DNA of 64,000 nucleotides from Clostridia bacterium (GTDB lineage Bacteria; Bacillota; Clostridia; Christensenellales; UBA1242): NCBI GenBank assembly GCA_017409005.1, contig JAFQTP010000002.1, positions 34,943 to 98,942 of the forward strand, read 5' to 3'. Shown piece by piece: positions 56,042 to 64,000 of this stretch (position 1 is its first letter; each line of letters starts with the position of its first letter). The notes under the pieces were generated by a model. It saw only the letters and a program-made list of their open reading frames with translations, ran no database searches and was not told where the DNA came from. The position numbers and the translations under genes were made by a program.

Positions 56042-56438
56042 TGTGGATAACTGTGGATAACTTTAGTTTTATTGGCTTATACCCCTCCCTTTCCAGCTAA
56101 ATGCTGTTATAAAATAAAAATAGACCTGAATAATATTAATTTCAGGTCTATTTTTTGTATACAACGAAATAAAGCCATTTTTTAAGTGTTAACTAATTTT
56201 TATTCACACACTTTTTAGCTTTTTAAACGTAAAATCGTGCTTTTTATAAGTTATCCACATTTGCACACATCAATTATTATAAATTTTTATGAATATTTAT
56301 TAAATTTTGCATAAATACACGCCAAAATGAATAAAAATTGTCGAAATTCACAAAACTTATCCACTTATCCACAAAAAATTGGTGAGTTATCCACATTTAA
56401 TTTTCGATTTTTGTTTTAATTTTGTGTGTTTACCCACA
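56042..56438. promoter_or_regulatory. DnaA-box cluster (5 perfect and 3 one-mismatch TTATCCACA boxes) in a 663-bp intergenic region
   Basis: Perfect boxes: TGTGGATAA at 56042-56050 and 56052-56060; TTATCCACA at 56251-56259, 56365-56373 and 56387-56395. One-mismatch boxes: 56200-56208 (TTATTCACA), 56357-56365 (TTATCCACT) and 56430-56438 (TTACCCACA). A very AT-rich stretch lies at about 56266-56335. Confidence 0.8.
56113..56157. terminator. Strong bidirectional hairpin terminator inside the DnaA-box region
   Basis: TAGACCTGAA (56121-56130) and TTCAGGTCTA (56141-56150) form a perfect 10-bp stem, flanked by AATAAAAA and TTTTTT. Confidence 0.7.
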
Positions 56439-56516
56439 AATTTATGTGTAAAACCCAAAGTTGTGCACATTTTTAAACTTTTAAAGCATAAATTTATACC
56501 CCAACTCGCATAAAAG

Positions 56517-58166
56517 TTATGGACATACATTGGTTGGTATAAAATTTTGATGCATATTATTCATATCTGATTCATTAAAGCTATCACGTGCCTCAACATC
56601 ACTTTCAATAATGTTCATTCCGGCAAGAACATCTTGTGCTCCCTCTATAACAATTCCGTTTTGCGGATTATAAAATTCGTGCCTTATAAGTTTTTCTGAA
56701 ACAAGTTTTCCGTTTTCGTAATATTCTACATAAGCTTTAGCCTCATACCCCTCCCTAGGATAAGTTAGCCTATACTTTTCGCCCTTAAACAAAACCTTAT
56801 CGGAATATTCGCCTTTTTCGTCAGATATAATTTTATCGCCTAGATGCGGAAGTGTTGCAACTGTTTCGCTACGAGTTTTAATTGTTTTACCAGTTTCAAC
56901 ACCATATAGTTTAACCTCAACCTTTTCGCTATCACACAAAGTTTGAATATAAATTGGATTTTCGTAATTATTTTTAAATTTTAAATCAGCAACATAATCG
57001 GAAACCATGGCGTCTAAACCAAGCGGAACATATTTAACCGGCAAGGTGTGTTTATGAACTTCTAGCACTTCAACATCGGCTAATAGTAGTGCATTATAAA
57101 GCGTTGTGCTTGCTTGACAAACTCCACCACCAGCACCATCTACAAACTGACCATTATAAATAACAGTTGCATTTTTATATCCATTTTCTAGCGTATGTGG
57201 ACCAGTTACTGCATTAAAACTAACTTCTTCGCCAGGATTAACAACCTTGCCATTAAAACGCTCTAGGGCAAGTCTAACATTCTTTTTTCGATTTCCGGTG
57301 CTATCGGCAACTTGTGTTGAATATGATGCAATTAATTGTGTTTTTTGCTGGTTTACTTGTTTTGTTATTTCTGGTTCAACATCTAGCATGCTAATTTCGA
57401 CTTCTAAATTATTAGTTTTGTTAAATTGTTGGTTAATATCAAAATAAAGTTGTTCTTTATTAACCCTCAATCCATTTTTATGCTCGGTAATTTCAAAACA
57501 ATTTTCTTTTTCTGGATTAAAAATAATTTCACTATTAGTTGGTTTAACTTCAATTTCGCTAATTATTTTTTCTATTTTGCTATCAAGCCCAACAAATATG
57601 TAATTAAAAGCCACATTTATACTAACACCTTCTTTTTCAAGTTCCTTTAATTTATTGGTTTGCTCACTATAATTATTTAACAACGCATTTCTTGTTTGAG
57701 CCTCTTCAATAATTGTGTGAATTTGGCTGTTAACCTCAAAATCGTCTTTAGTAAACTTCCAACTTTTGTCTTTATATTTAATGTTTAAATTAAAGTTTTC
57801 ACTTTTTTCTTTAAACACATTATAAACCACTTGTTCGGCCTCGGCACTGCTAAGTCCGCCAACATTAACACCATTAATATAAGTTTGGTTATGTAAAACA
57901 TTGCTAGGGTCCTCACTTTCTAAAACAAAAAACTGACCCACAACCGCCATAACCAAAACCAAACTTATTGCACTAAGCCCAACCAAAAGTTTGCCGGTGT
58001 TGTCTCGTTTTAAAACCTTTGACCTTTTACCCTGCAACCCAGTGTTATCAAACACTTGGGTGTTGTTTTTTAACGTTGCACTTTTTTTATTTGTTCCACT
58101 TTTAGTTTTGTTTAAACTAGCCTTACTTGCTTTTACACCATCTGTTAATTTTTCTTTTTTGTTCAT
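56517..58166 (-). CDS. VanW/YoaR-family protein (membrane-anchored, peptidoglycan-associated)
   Basis: GGGVCQASTTLYNALLLADVEVLEVHKHTLPVKYVPLGLDAMV is the VanW core. There is an N-terminal basic tail plus a TM. The start is taken at ATG 58166 behind AAAGGTG (the track ORF starts at GTG 58175). Confidence 0.8.
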   Translation of the reverse strand: MNKKEKLTDGVKASKASLNKTKSGTNKKSATLKNNTQVFDNTGLQGKRSKVLKRDNTGKLLVGLSAISLVLVMAVVGQFFVLESEDPSNVLHNQTYINGVNVGGLSSAEAEQVVYNVFKEKSENFNLNIKYKDKSWKFTKDDFEVNSQIHTIIEEAQTRNALLNNYSEQTNKLKELEKEGVSINVAFNYIFVGLDSKIEKIISEIEVKPTNSEIIFNPEKENCFEITEHKNGLRVNKEQLYFDINQQFNKTNNLEVEISMLDVEPEITKQVNQQKTQLIASYSTQVADSTGNRKKNVRLALERFNGKVVNPGEEVSFNAVTGPHTLENGYKNATVIYNGQFVDGAGGGVCQASTTLYNALLLADVEVLEVHKHTLPVKYVPLGLDAMVSDYVADLKFKNNYENPIYIQTLCDSEKVEVKLYGVETGKTIKTRSETVATLPHLGDKIISDEKGEYSDKVLFKGEKYRLTYPREGYEAKAYVEYYENGKLVSEKLIRHEFYNPQNGIVIEGAQDVLAGMNIIESDVEARDSFNESDMNNMHQNFIPTNVCP

Positions 58167-58232
58167 CTTTAACACCTTTAACTTAATTAAATGTTTTTAA
58201 TTAGTTTGGTTTGTTTGGGCAAAAATATGTAT

Positions 58233-58275
58233 AAACAAAAAAAACAAAACGCCAAGATAACTTTAGCGTTTTGTT
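58233..58275 (-). terminator. Rho-independent terminator after cca
   Basis: CAAAACGC (58245-58252) and GCGTTTTG (58267-58274) pair, with T8 on the minus strand. Confidence 0.65.
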
Positions 58276-58285
58276 AAATTTTAAA

Positions 58286-60019
58286 TTAATCTTTTTTAGC
58301 AGTTGTCTTTGTTTTTGCTGGTGCTTTTTTAGTTGTTTTTACACTAGCAGTTTTAGGCTTTGAAGTTTTTGTTGTTTTAGTTGTTGCAGTTTTAGACTTA
58401 GCCCCACTAGTTTTTGTTGTTTTTTTGGATGCAGATTTTTTAGCAGGTTTTTTCTCTTCAGTTTCTGGTGCAGGTTCCTTTAAAGGTTCCAACTCGCCAC
58501 TTTCAGTTATAATTGGGCTTTGCATTGCAACTTTTTTACTAACCTTTAAGTCTTCAATAGAATCGGTTGAAACTTCTTGTTCAACCGGAGCCTCGCTTTC
58601 AAGCAGAGCCTTTGTTTGTGCATTTTCAAGTGCCTCTTGCTTAATTGCAATTTCTTGATTTCTTACAATATCTTTTGCACGCTTTTCTTCAAAAGCACGT
58701 TTGTTTGCGTCTGCCAAAATTTTAAGCAATTTTTCATTTAAAAATTTTGCTTGTTCACTTAAAATATCTGGGTCGTTAACAATCATGCCCTCAACACACA
58801 TTTCAAATAGTGTACTTCTAATTTTAGAAACGTGTTGTTCTTTAATTTTTATTTCTTCAATTAAATGCTTATTAGAAATTGCCAAATCTTCTTCAACAAA
58901 CGGAATGTTCGATTTTTTCATTTCCATAATTCTAATTTTAATTTTATTAACTTTATCTTCGTTTACCAAAGGCAAATAGTTTTTAACATTGAAAGGCAAT
59001 TTTTCGTAGGCTATGCAATTAGAATTGCTTGTAATTTCAACATCGGTTAAATACATTAATTTTTGAACAAACAAATAAGCATTATAAATTTCTTGCACGT
59101 TTTTGTTTGATTCTTTTAATCCAGACAACCCTAAAAGTTGATTAACCGAAAAAGCAATGTTGTTTTCGCTGCTTTTTGCTTTTATGTAGTTATATAGCAC
59201 CAAACACATAAATGCTGTAAAGCGGTTACTTCCATCGCTTAATAAATAAGCTTTATAAAGTTTTCCGCTTTGTTTAACTTTAAAGTTTTTAAAGTTTCCT
59301 TCAAAAATATATTGCCACAAATTTAAGTCGTTAAAATATTTAATAACGTTGCCATGAGTTTCGTTTTTTAGCCTATATTTTAAGCCCCCATTAACCGCTA
59401 TTTTAATTTCTTTTAAAATACGCTCACGGCTAATATCTTTAACTTTGTGGGCACATTTTTTTGCAACTCTATATGTTTTAGAATCAATATTAAAACCAAG
59501 TTCGCATGTAAACCTTATAAGTCTTAAAATTCTAAGACCATCATCGTCGAACACAGTTTCAGGTTTAGTAACTGCTTTAAGTTTTTTACGCTTTAAATCT
59601 TTTTGACCTTTAAAAAAGTCTAAAAGTTTACCCTCTAAAATATCGTAGTAAAAAGCATTAACCGTAAAGTCGCGCCTAACAGCGTCGTCTTTAGGGTTGG
59701 TAACAAATTCAACCTGGTTTGGGCTATGAGTTCCAGTTTCGTCGTATTCCTCACGCCTAAACTGAGTATATTCAAAACGGTCGCCATCTTTAACAATTTG
59801 AATGGTTCCCAATTTTTTATTAATAACATCAGTTTTAAAACCAGCCATTCCGCAAATGGTTTCAACATCTTCAACTGGCATTGCACCAGCAATATCAACA
59901 TCGTCTACACTAAGGCCTAAAAGGCTGTTTCGAACAAAGCCACCAACCAAATAGGTTTTATAGCCTGCCGCATCAGTTAATTTTGCAAACTCTTTCAAGT
60001 TTTCGCTTACTTCAATCAT
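58286..60019 (-). CDS. cca: CCA-adding enzyme / poly(A) polymerase-family tRNA nucleotidyltransferase with a long C-terminal extension
   Basis: YLVGGFVRNSLLGLSVDDVDIA is the GGxVRD...DxD head motif, followed by RRDFTVNA. At 577 aa it is well above the roughly 400 aa typical of Firmicute CCA enzymes. The extra sequence is a charged helical region plus a Lys/Thr/Ala-rich tail. Confidence 0.75.
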   Translation of the reverse strand: MIEVSENLKEFAKLTDAAGYKTYLVGGFVRNSLLGLSVDDVDIAGAMPVEDVETICGMAGFKTDVINKKLGTIQIVKDGDRFEYTQFRREEYDETGTHSPNQVEFVTNPKDDAVRRDFTVNAFYYDILEGKLLDFFKGQKDLKRKKLKAVTKPETVFDDDGLRILRLIRFTCELGFNIDSKTYRVAKKCAHKVKDISRERILKEIKIAVNGGLKYRLKNETHGNVIKYFNDLNLWQYIFEGNFKNFKVKQSGKLYKAYLLSDGSNRFTAFMCLVLYNYIKAKSSENNIAFSVNQLLGLSGLKESNKNVQEIYNAYLFVQKLMYLTDVEITSNSNCIAYEKLPFNVKNYLPLVNEDKVNKIKIRIMEMKKSNIPFVEEDLAISNKHLIEEIKIKEQHVSKIRSTLFEMCVEGMIVNDPDILSEQAKFLNEKLLKILADANKRAFEEKRAKDIVRNQEIAIKQEALENAQTKALLESEAPVEQEVSTDSIEDLKVSKKVAMQSPIITESGELEPLKEPAPETEEKKPAKKSASKKTTKTSGAKSKTATTKTTKTSKPKTASVKTTKKAPAKTKTTAKKD

Positions 60020-60035
60020 AAATACCCCACATTAA

Positions 60036-61376
60036 TTATGAAAACCTAACTGCATTAATTCCCCACGCAGTTTTTGTGGTTTCGTCAACTTTAACCTTGT
60101 TGCTAATTTCAACACCAGCAACACACAAAATTTCGTTTCCGCTTGCCAAAACCGGAATAAAAGTTCTAAGCCTTGCCGGAATTTTTTGGTCGATTAAAAA
60201 GTCTGATAAACTTTTTGTTCCACCACCAAACTTTTCAAAAATATCGCCATCTTTCCTATAACGCCAAATTGCATTTTTAGGAATTTTATTGTAGTCCATT
60301 AAATGGCTAAACTCGCCAATTTCAAGTTTTCTGGTAACTTGCATTTCAATCATACCAAAACTTGGAATATCAATTTTTCCACGTTCTAGTGGCCATGTTT
60401 TTGGTTCGGGCGTAAAGTTTTTATTAGTAATGGTAATATAGTTATATTCCTTAATAACACTAACTTTGTTTGGTAGTGTAATTTTAGCACCATTTTCGGC
60501 TTCTAGTGCCAAGCTGTTAATAATTTTTAAATGCTTACGTTCAATATCGGCCATAATTCCGATGCCCTTAAACGCTTTTCTTAAAATTCGATTTGTAGCA
60601 GCAACCGGATAACTAAAATAGTTTACCGGAACTTTAACAACGCCATCGCCCTCGTAAACCACAGCATTATCGTTAATGGTGCTGTAAATATAATCGTCGT
60701 CTAGTTTACACAACTCGCCAAAGGTGCAAATTGAACTATCGGCATTTTGCCAACGGCTTCTAATAAGTGGCATAATCATGTTTCTAATAAAGTTGCGCGA
60801 ATAATCGTTGCTTGCATTAGTTTCGTCTTCAACATATGGAATATCGTTCGAATTAATGTAAGCCATAATTTCTGATTTAGATGTGTTTAAAAGCGGACGC
60901 AAATAAACACCATCGCGAATAACGTCCATTCCAGAAGCACCAGTAATTCCGCTACCTCTAAAAATGTTTAATAAAATTGTTTCGGCCTGGTCTTGCATGT
61001 GGTGCCCTAACGCAATTTTGTTAATAACCTTTTTGTTAATTAACGCTTTGAAAATGCGAAATCTGCATTCACGCGCAGCAGCCTCTATGCTTAAACCCTT
61101 ATCTTGGCTTAAACGTTCGGCATTAACCTTATACATATAAACCTTAATTCCGTTTTTATTGCAATAGTTAACAACAAACTCGGCATCGGCATCGCTTGTT
61201 TCACGTAAACTATGGTCAATGGTTATGGCAATACACTCAAAACCACGCTCTTTAGAAATTGAGTGTAAATAATGAAGTAAACACATGCTATCCTTGCCAC
61301 CAGAAACAGCCACTCCAATTTTATCTTTAGGGCTAATTAAATTATACTTTTCAATTGTTCTTTCAATGCTCTTCAT
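60036..61376 (-). CDS. tilS: tRNA(Ile)-lysidine synthetase
   Basis: PP-loop VAVSGGKDS, GHHMQDQAET, and a C-terminal TilS substrate-binding domain. Confidence 0.9.
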   Translation of the reverse strand: MKSIERTIEKYNLISPKDKIGVAVSGGKDSMCLLHYLHSISKERGFECIAITIDHSLRETSDADAEFVVNYCNKNGIKVYMYKVNAERLSQDKGLSIEAAARECRFRIFKALINKKVINKIALGHHMQDQAETILLNIFRGSGITGASGMDVIRDGVYLRPLLNTSKSEIMAYINSNDIPYVEDETNASNDYSRNFIRNMIMPLIRSRWQNADSSICTFGELCKLDDDYIYSTINDNAVVYEGDGVVKVPVNYFSYPVAATNRILRKAFKGIGIMADIERKHLKIINSLALEAENGAKITLPNKVSVIKEYNYITITNKNFTPEPKTWPLERGKIDIPSFGMIEMQVTRKLEIGEFSHLMDYNKIPKNAIWRYRKDGDIFEKFGGGTKSLSDFLIDQKIPARLRTFIPVLASGNEILCVAGVEISNKVKVDETTKTAWGINAVRFS

Positions 61377-61531
61377 AAGTTATCCACCAATTTAAAAATA
61401 TTTTATGGCTCCACAAAAAACAGCGGAAACCCTTGTTTTCTCTTTTATTGTAACACAAAACTTACAATATTAAAATGTTTAAGTTCAAATTTTAATATAT
61501 AAATATTAAATTATTAAAAAATTTTAAAACT

Positions 61532-61540
61532 TTATCCACA
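61532..61540 (+). promoter_or_regulatory. Isolated perfect DnaA box (TTATCCACA) between spoIIE and tilS
   Basis: Exact 9-mer match, about 155 bp upstream of the tilS start. Confidence 0.4.
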
Positions 61541-61547
61541 ATAAAAC

Positions 61548-61588
61548 AAAAAAACAAACCTTAATCCTAAACCAAGATTAAAGTTTGC
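61548..61588 (-). terminator. Rho-independent terminator after spoIIE
   Basis: CAAACCTTAATC (61555-61566) and GATTAAAGTTTG (61576-61587) pair with one mismatch, with T7 on the minus strand. Confidence 0.7.
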
Positions 61589-61601
61589 TTTGCTTATTTA
61601 T

Positions 61602-63911
61602 TTATACTACCGGGAAAATTCTAACTGCCAACACAGTAAAATCGTCGGCACAATTACCATTAACTAAATCAACTGCATGGTCTAGCACTTCGTCGGCTAA
61701 AGTTTGCGGATTTATGGTGGTTAGGTTGTTTATAAAGGTTTTAAGTTCGTCGCCTCCACCAAAAGCATCGCTAACACCATCAGAAACAAGCACAATAATA
61801 TCGAAATCAGAAAACACTTTTTTGGTTATGTGCGGTTTCATTTCGTCTAGCACTCCAATAGGAAGCCCACTACTTTTAATAACCTCGGTTTCGGTTTTGT
61901 GTTTAATATAGCCATAAGGAGAACCAAGTTTAATAAAATCGATTAAACTTTTTCGTAGGTCTAAAACACAAACATCAAGTGCCGAAAAACTTTCGGAATT
62001 GTTTAAACTTAAAAGTTTGTTTACACTATTTAAAATAATGTCGTTTTCAAAACCAGCCTTATAAAAATTTTCGATTAATGTAATTGTTAGGTCGCTAACC
62101 TTGTGTGCTTCTTCGCCACTACCCATACCATCGCAAAGCGCAACCATATATTTCCCATCGTCAATTTTAATTAACGAATGAGTGTCGCCACTAAGCACTT
62201 TGCCAGTTTTAGTTTGCGACGCACTTCCAAACACAACATCAAAGTTAGCCTTTGTTTTTAACACAACTTCTTTTGCCCCTGCAACACTGCTATTTGAAAC
62301 ACTTTCCACATACATTTTTGTTCCAACAATTTTTGAAATAACTTTTTCTAGTTTTGTTTTATCAATGTTAGTTTCAGCCAAAATTAGCGACACATAGTTT
62401 ACCGATGTGGTTTGATTATAAACAAGAGCTTCCAAACAACAAATATTTTTATAAGCCAATTCTTCTTTAATTCTGGCTTCTTTTGCCAAATCGTAAACAA
62501 TGTTTAAATTAACTTCTTCAGCCAAAGTGTTAACAATCCCACTTACACCTTTTAACTGGTCGGCAATCAAAATTTTAGATGCGTCCATATTATTTTGCAT
62601 TATGGCATAGTGTTTATAACTTTTAAGTAGTGCATTTAAAGTGGTTATAACTAAATTTGCTTTTATACAAGTTGTTGTTAAATATTCAGGAACATCAAGA
62701 AGCGTTAGTTTGCCTTTTTCAAACCCAATGTTAACAACATCGTTAAAAACTTCACGACACTGCTCGCCATTAACCCTAAAACATTTGGCTTTGTTTGGAC
62801 AATCTTTGCAACATTTAGAATACACCTCGTCGGAAACCATACGTTTAGCGTCGGCTTCAGGCAACACTCCTTGCACCATTTGTTTATAAGCCATATCCAT
62901 TTCTAAAAACACATTACTAACCTCTCGCATACGTTTAAACAAACTTTCGCGACTTCTATTAATAATGCTTCTAACTGCCACGTTTTCGGTAAGACCATTA
63001 ATTTTGTCGTTTAAATTATTAAGCATTTTTGTTGGAATAAATAAAAATATTAACTCGCCCACAACCACGCTAACCAAACTATAAATAGTAAAGGTGTTGT
63101 AGCAAGCAAAATACAAACCAAACACCACCTCAACCAAAATTAAACTTAAACAAGCAATTACTTTATAGCTTGATTTAAAACCTATAGCACAAAGTGCCAT
63201 TATTGTAAAAGCGGCAACATAAGAAGCGTTTGAAAAATATAAACCAACACCTAAACCATAAAGTGCCGAACATACCAGCAATTCTTTTGTTCCACACACA
63301 TAACTCAACGTTAAAATTAAACATACACCCACAATTTTAAATGTTTCAATTTTAAACACATTTAAACTGGCAACACCCATGGAAACAACGCACAGTATTA
63401 CCCCAAAGCAAATAATTTCGTCGGTTGAAAATTTTGTTTTTAAATTGCGGTCTTTTAAATTAAATATATGTAATGCACACCATAAAAACACAACCCCAAC
63501 CAAAACCGAAATTATGCTTAACACCAACTCTTTTGGGCTGTGCAAATTTAGCACTATGGTTATAGCATTTCCAACTAAAGCATAAAAACAAACAAGTAGG
63601 TTAGGTGCTTGTTTTTTAATTAATTTGTGTAAACATTTAAAAATTAAAGCAACACCCACCAAGCACAAAACTTCGTAAACAGCATTAAGAGTGAAGTTTG
63701 CAAGCAAATAAGCACAAGCAAACATTATGCTAACCAAATAACTTTGTTTACTTTTAAAAACCAGTGCATAGTAGGTTCCAAAACAAAAAGGTGTTAAATA
63801 CCCCTGGTTAATGCTTGCTTTGCTACAAACAAAAAACAACACAAACATTAATGTAAATTTTAACACACTTTTTAAATTTATTACTTTTAATTTACTAACA
63901 ACTTTTTCCAT
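61602..63911 (-). CDS. spoIIE: Stage II sporulation protein E (membrane PP2C phosphatase)
   Basis: 769 aa with about 10 N-terminal TM segments, a central regulatory region, and a C-terminal PP2C domain (SGDTHSLI...CDGMGSGEEA...VLVSDGVSDA...DDFTVLAVR). TAAGGAG RBS. It is adjacent to tilS, as in Bacillus. Confidence 0.9.
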   Translation of the reverse strand: MEKVVSKLKVINLKSVLKFTLMFVLFFVCSKASINQGYLTPFCFGTYYALVFKSKQSYLVSIMFACAYLLANFTLNAVYEVLCLVGVALIFKCLHKLIKKQAPNLLVCFYALVGNAITIVLNLHSPKELVLSIISVLVGVVFLWCALHIFNLKDRNLKTKFSTDEIICFGVILCVVSMGVASLNVFKIETFKIVGVCLILTLSYVCGTKELLVCSALYGLGVGLYFSNASYVAAFTIMALCAIGFKSSYKVIACLSLILVEVVFGLYFACYNTFTIYSLVSVVVGELIFLFIPTKMLNNLNDKINGLTENVAVRSIINRSRESLFKRMREVSNVFLEMDMAYKQMVQGVLPEADAKRMVSDEVYSKCCKDCPNKAKCFRVNGEQCREVFNDVVNIGFEKGKLTLLDVPEYLTTTCIKANLVITTLNALLKSYKHYAIMQNNMDASKILIADQLKGVSGIVNTLAEEVNLNIVYDLAKEARIKEELAYKNICCLEALVYNQTTSVNYVSLILAETNIDKTKLEKVISKIVGTKMYVESVSNSSVAGAKEVVLKTKANFDVVFGSASQTKTGKVLSGDTHSLIKIDDGKYMVALCDGMGSGEEAHKVSDLTITLIENFYKAGFENDIILNSVNKLLSLNNSESFSALDVCVLDLRKSLIDFIKLGSPYGYIKHKTETEVIKSSGLPIGVLDEMKPHITKKVFSDFDIIVLVSDGVSDAFGGGDELKTFINNLTTINPQTLADEVLDHAVDLVNGNCADDFTVLAVRIFPVV

Positions 63912-64000
63912 AACCTTAACTCCTTACAACAATTGTAAAATAAGTTAAAGTTACAAGTTAAATTTTATTAAATTACAACTTTTTGTTGTTTTAAAACATT

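Noticed and set aside
56339-56345. A perfect Spo0A box (TGTCGAA) among the DnaA boxes
   Set aside because: A 7-mer is expected several times by chance in 64 kb on two strands. I mention it only as context, not as a feature.
56042-56438. Interpreting the DnaA-box cluster as the chromosomal replication origin (oriC)
   Set aside because: No dnaA, dnaN or rpmH is nearby. Flanking genes on both sides share the same (minus) orientation, whereas an origin should have genes diverging from it. I kept it as a DnaA-box cluster, and GC skew on the full contig would settle it.
61382-61390. A one-mismatch DnaA box (TTATCCACC) just upstream of tilS
   Set aside because: It is the reverse complement of the tilS Shine-Dalgarno region (GGTGGATAA), so the ribosome-binding site explains it.
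1-64000. Alternative genetic code, prophage, integrative element or CRISPR-Cas content
   Set aside because: Long ORFs are intact with the standard code 11 and Trp is read from TGG. I recognised no integrase, recombinase, transposase, capsid, terminase or cas-like sequences, and no att-like flanking repeats.

Overview
This is an AT-rich chromosomal segment from an endospore-forming Firmicute (Bacillota). The lineage call rests on a GerA-type germinant receptor operon, spoIIE, a Phe T-box leader, helD, and spoIIE-tilS linkage like that near the Bacillus subtilis origin. Most of the window is housekeeping: pheST, glyQS, tilS, cca, ppa, cls, one tRNA-Glu, ABC exporters and a P-type ATPase. I saw no rRNA, CRISPR array, transposase, integrase or phage genes. 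The region I would prioritise is a roughly 18.5 kb minus-strand cluster at 4488-22908. It starts with a gene for a giant lipoprotein of about 3277 aa (Ig-like and FN3-like repeats, C-terminal GLUG-like repeats). Next come an archaeal/eukaryotic-type (SipW-like) signal peptidase, five paralogous TasA/BsaA-like proteins, a two-TM protein with a similar ectodomain, and a transglutaminase-like lipoprotein that shares the giant protein's FN3-like module. I read it as an unusually elaborate TasA-type surface fibre or matrix assembly locus. Other items worth a second look are: a dense DnaA-box cluster at 56.0-56.4 kb that does not look like oriC; a divergent diadenylate-cyclase (DisA_N)-like protein downstream of an SPFH/zinc-ribbon (YdjGHI-like) operon; a near-identical 66-nt direct repeat in a 605-bp intergenic region; a hydrolase gene frameshifted in a C7 tract; and Lys/Thr/Ser-rich basic tails on otherwise unrelated proteins. 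All calls come from reading motifs in the translations and the DNA by eye. No database search was run, and family names rest on remembered motifs.
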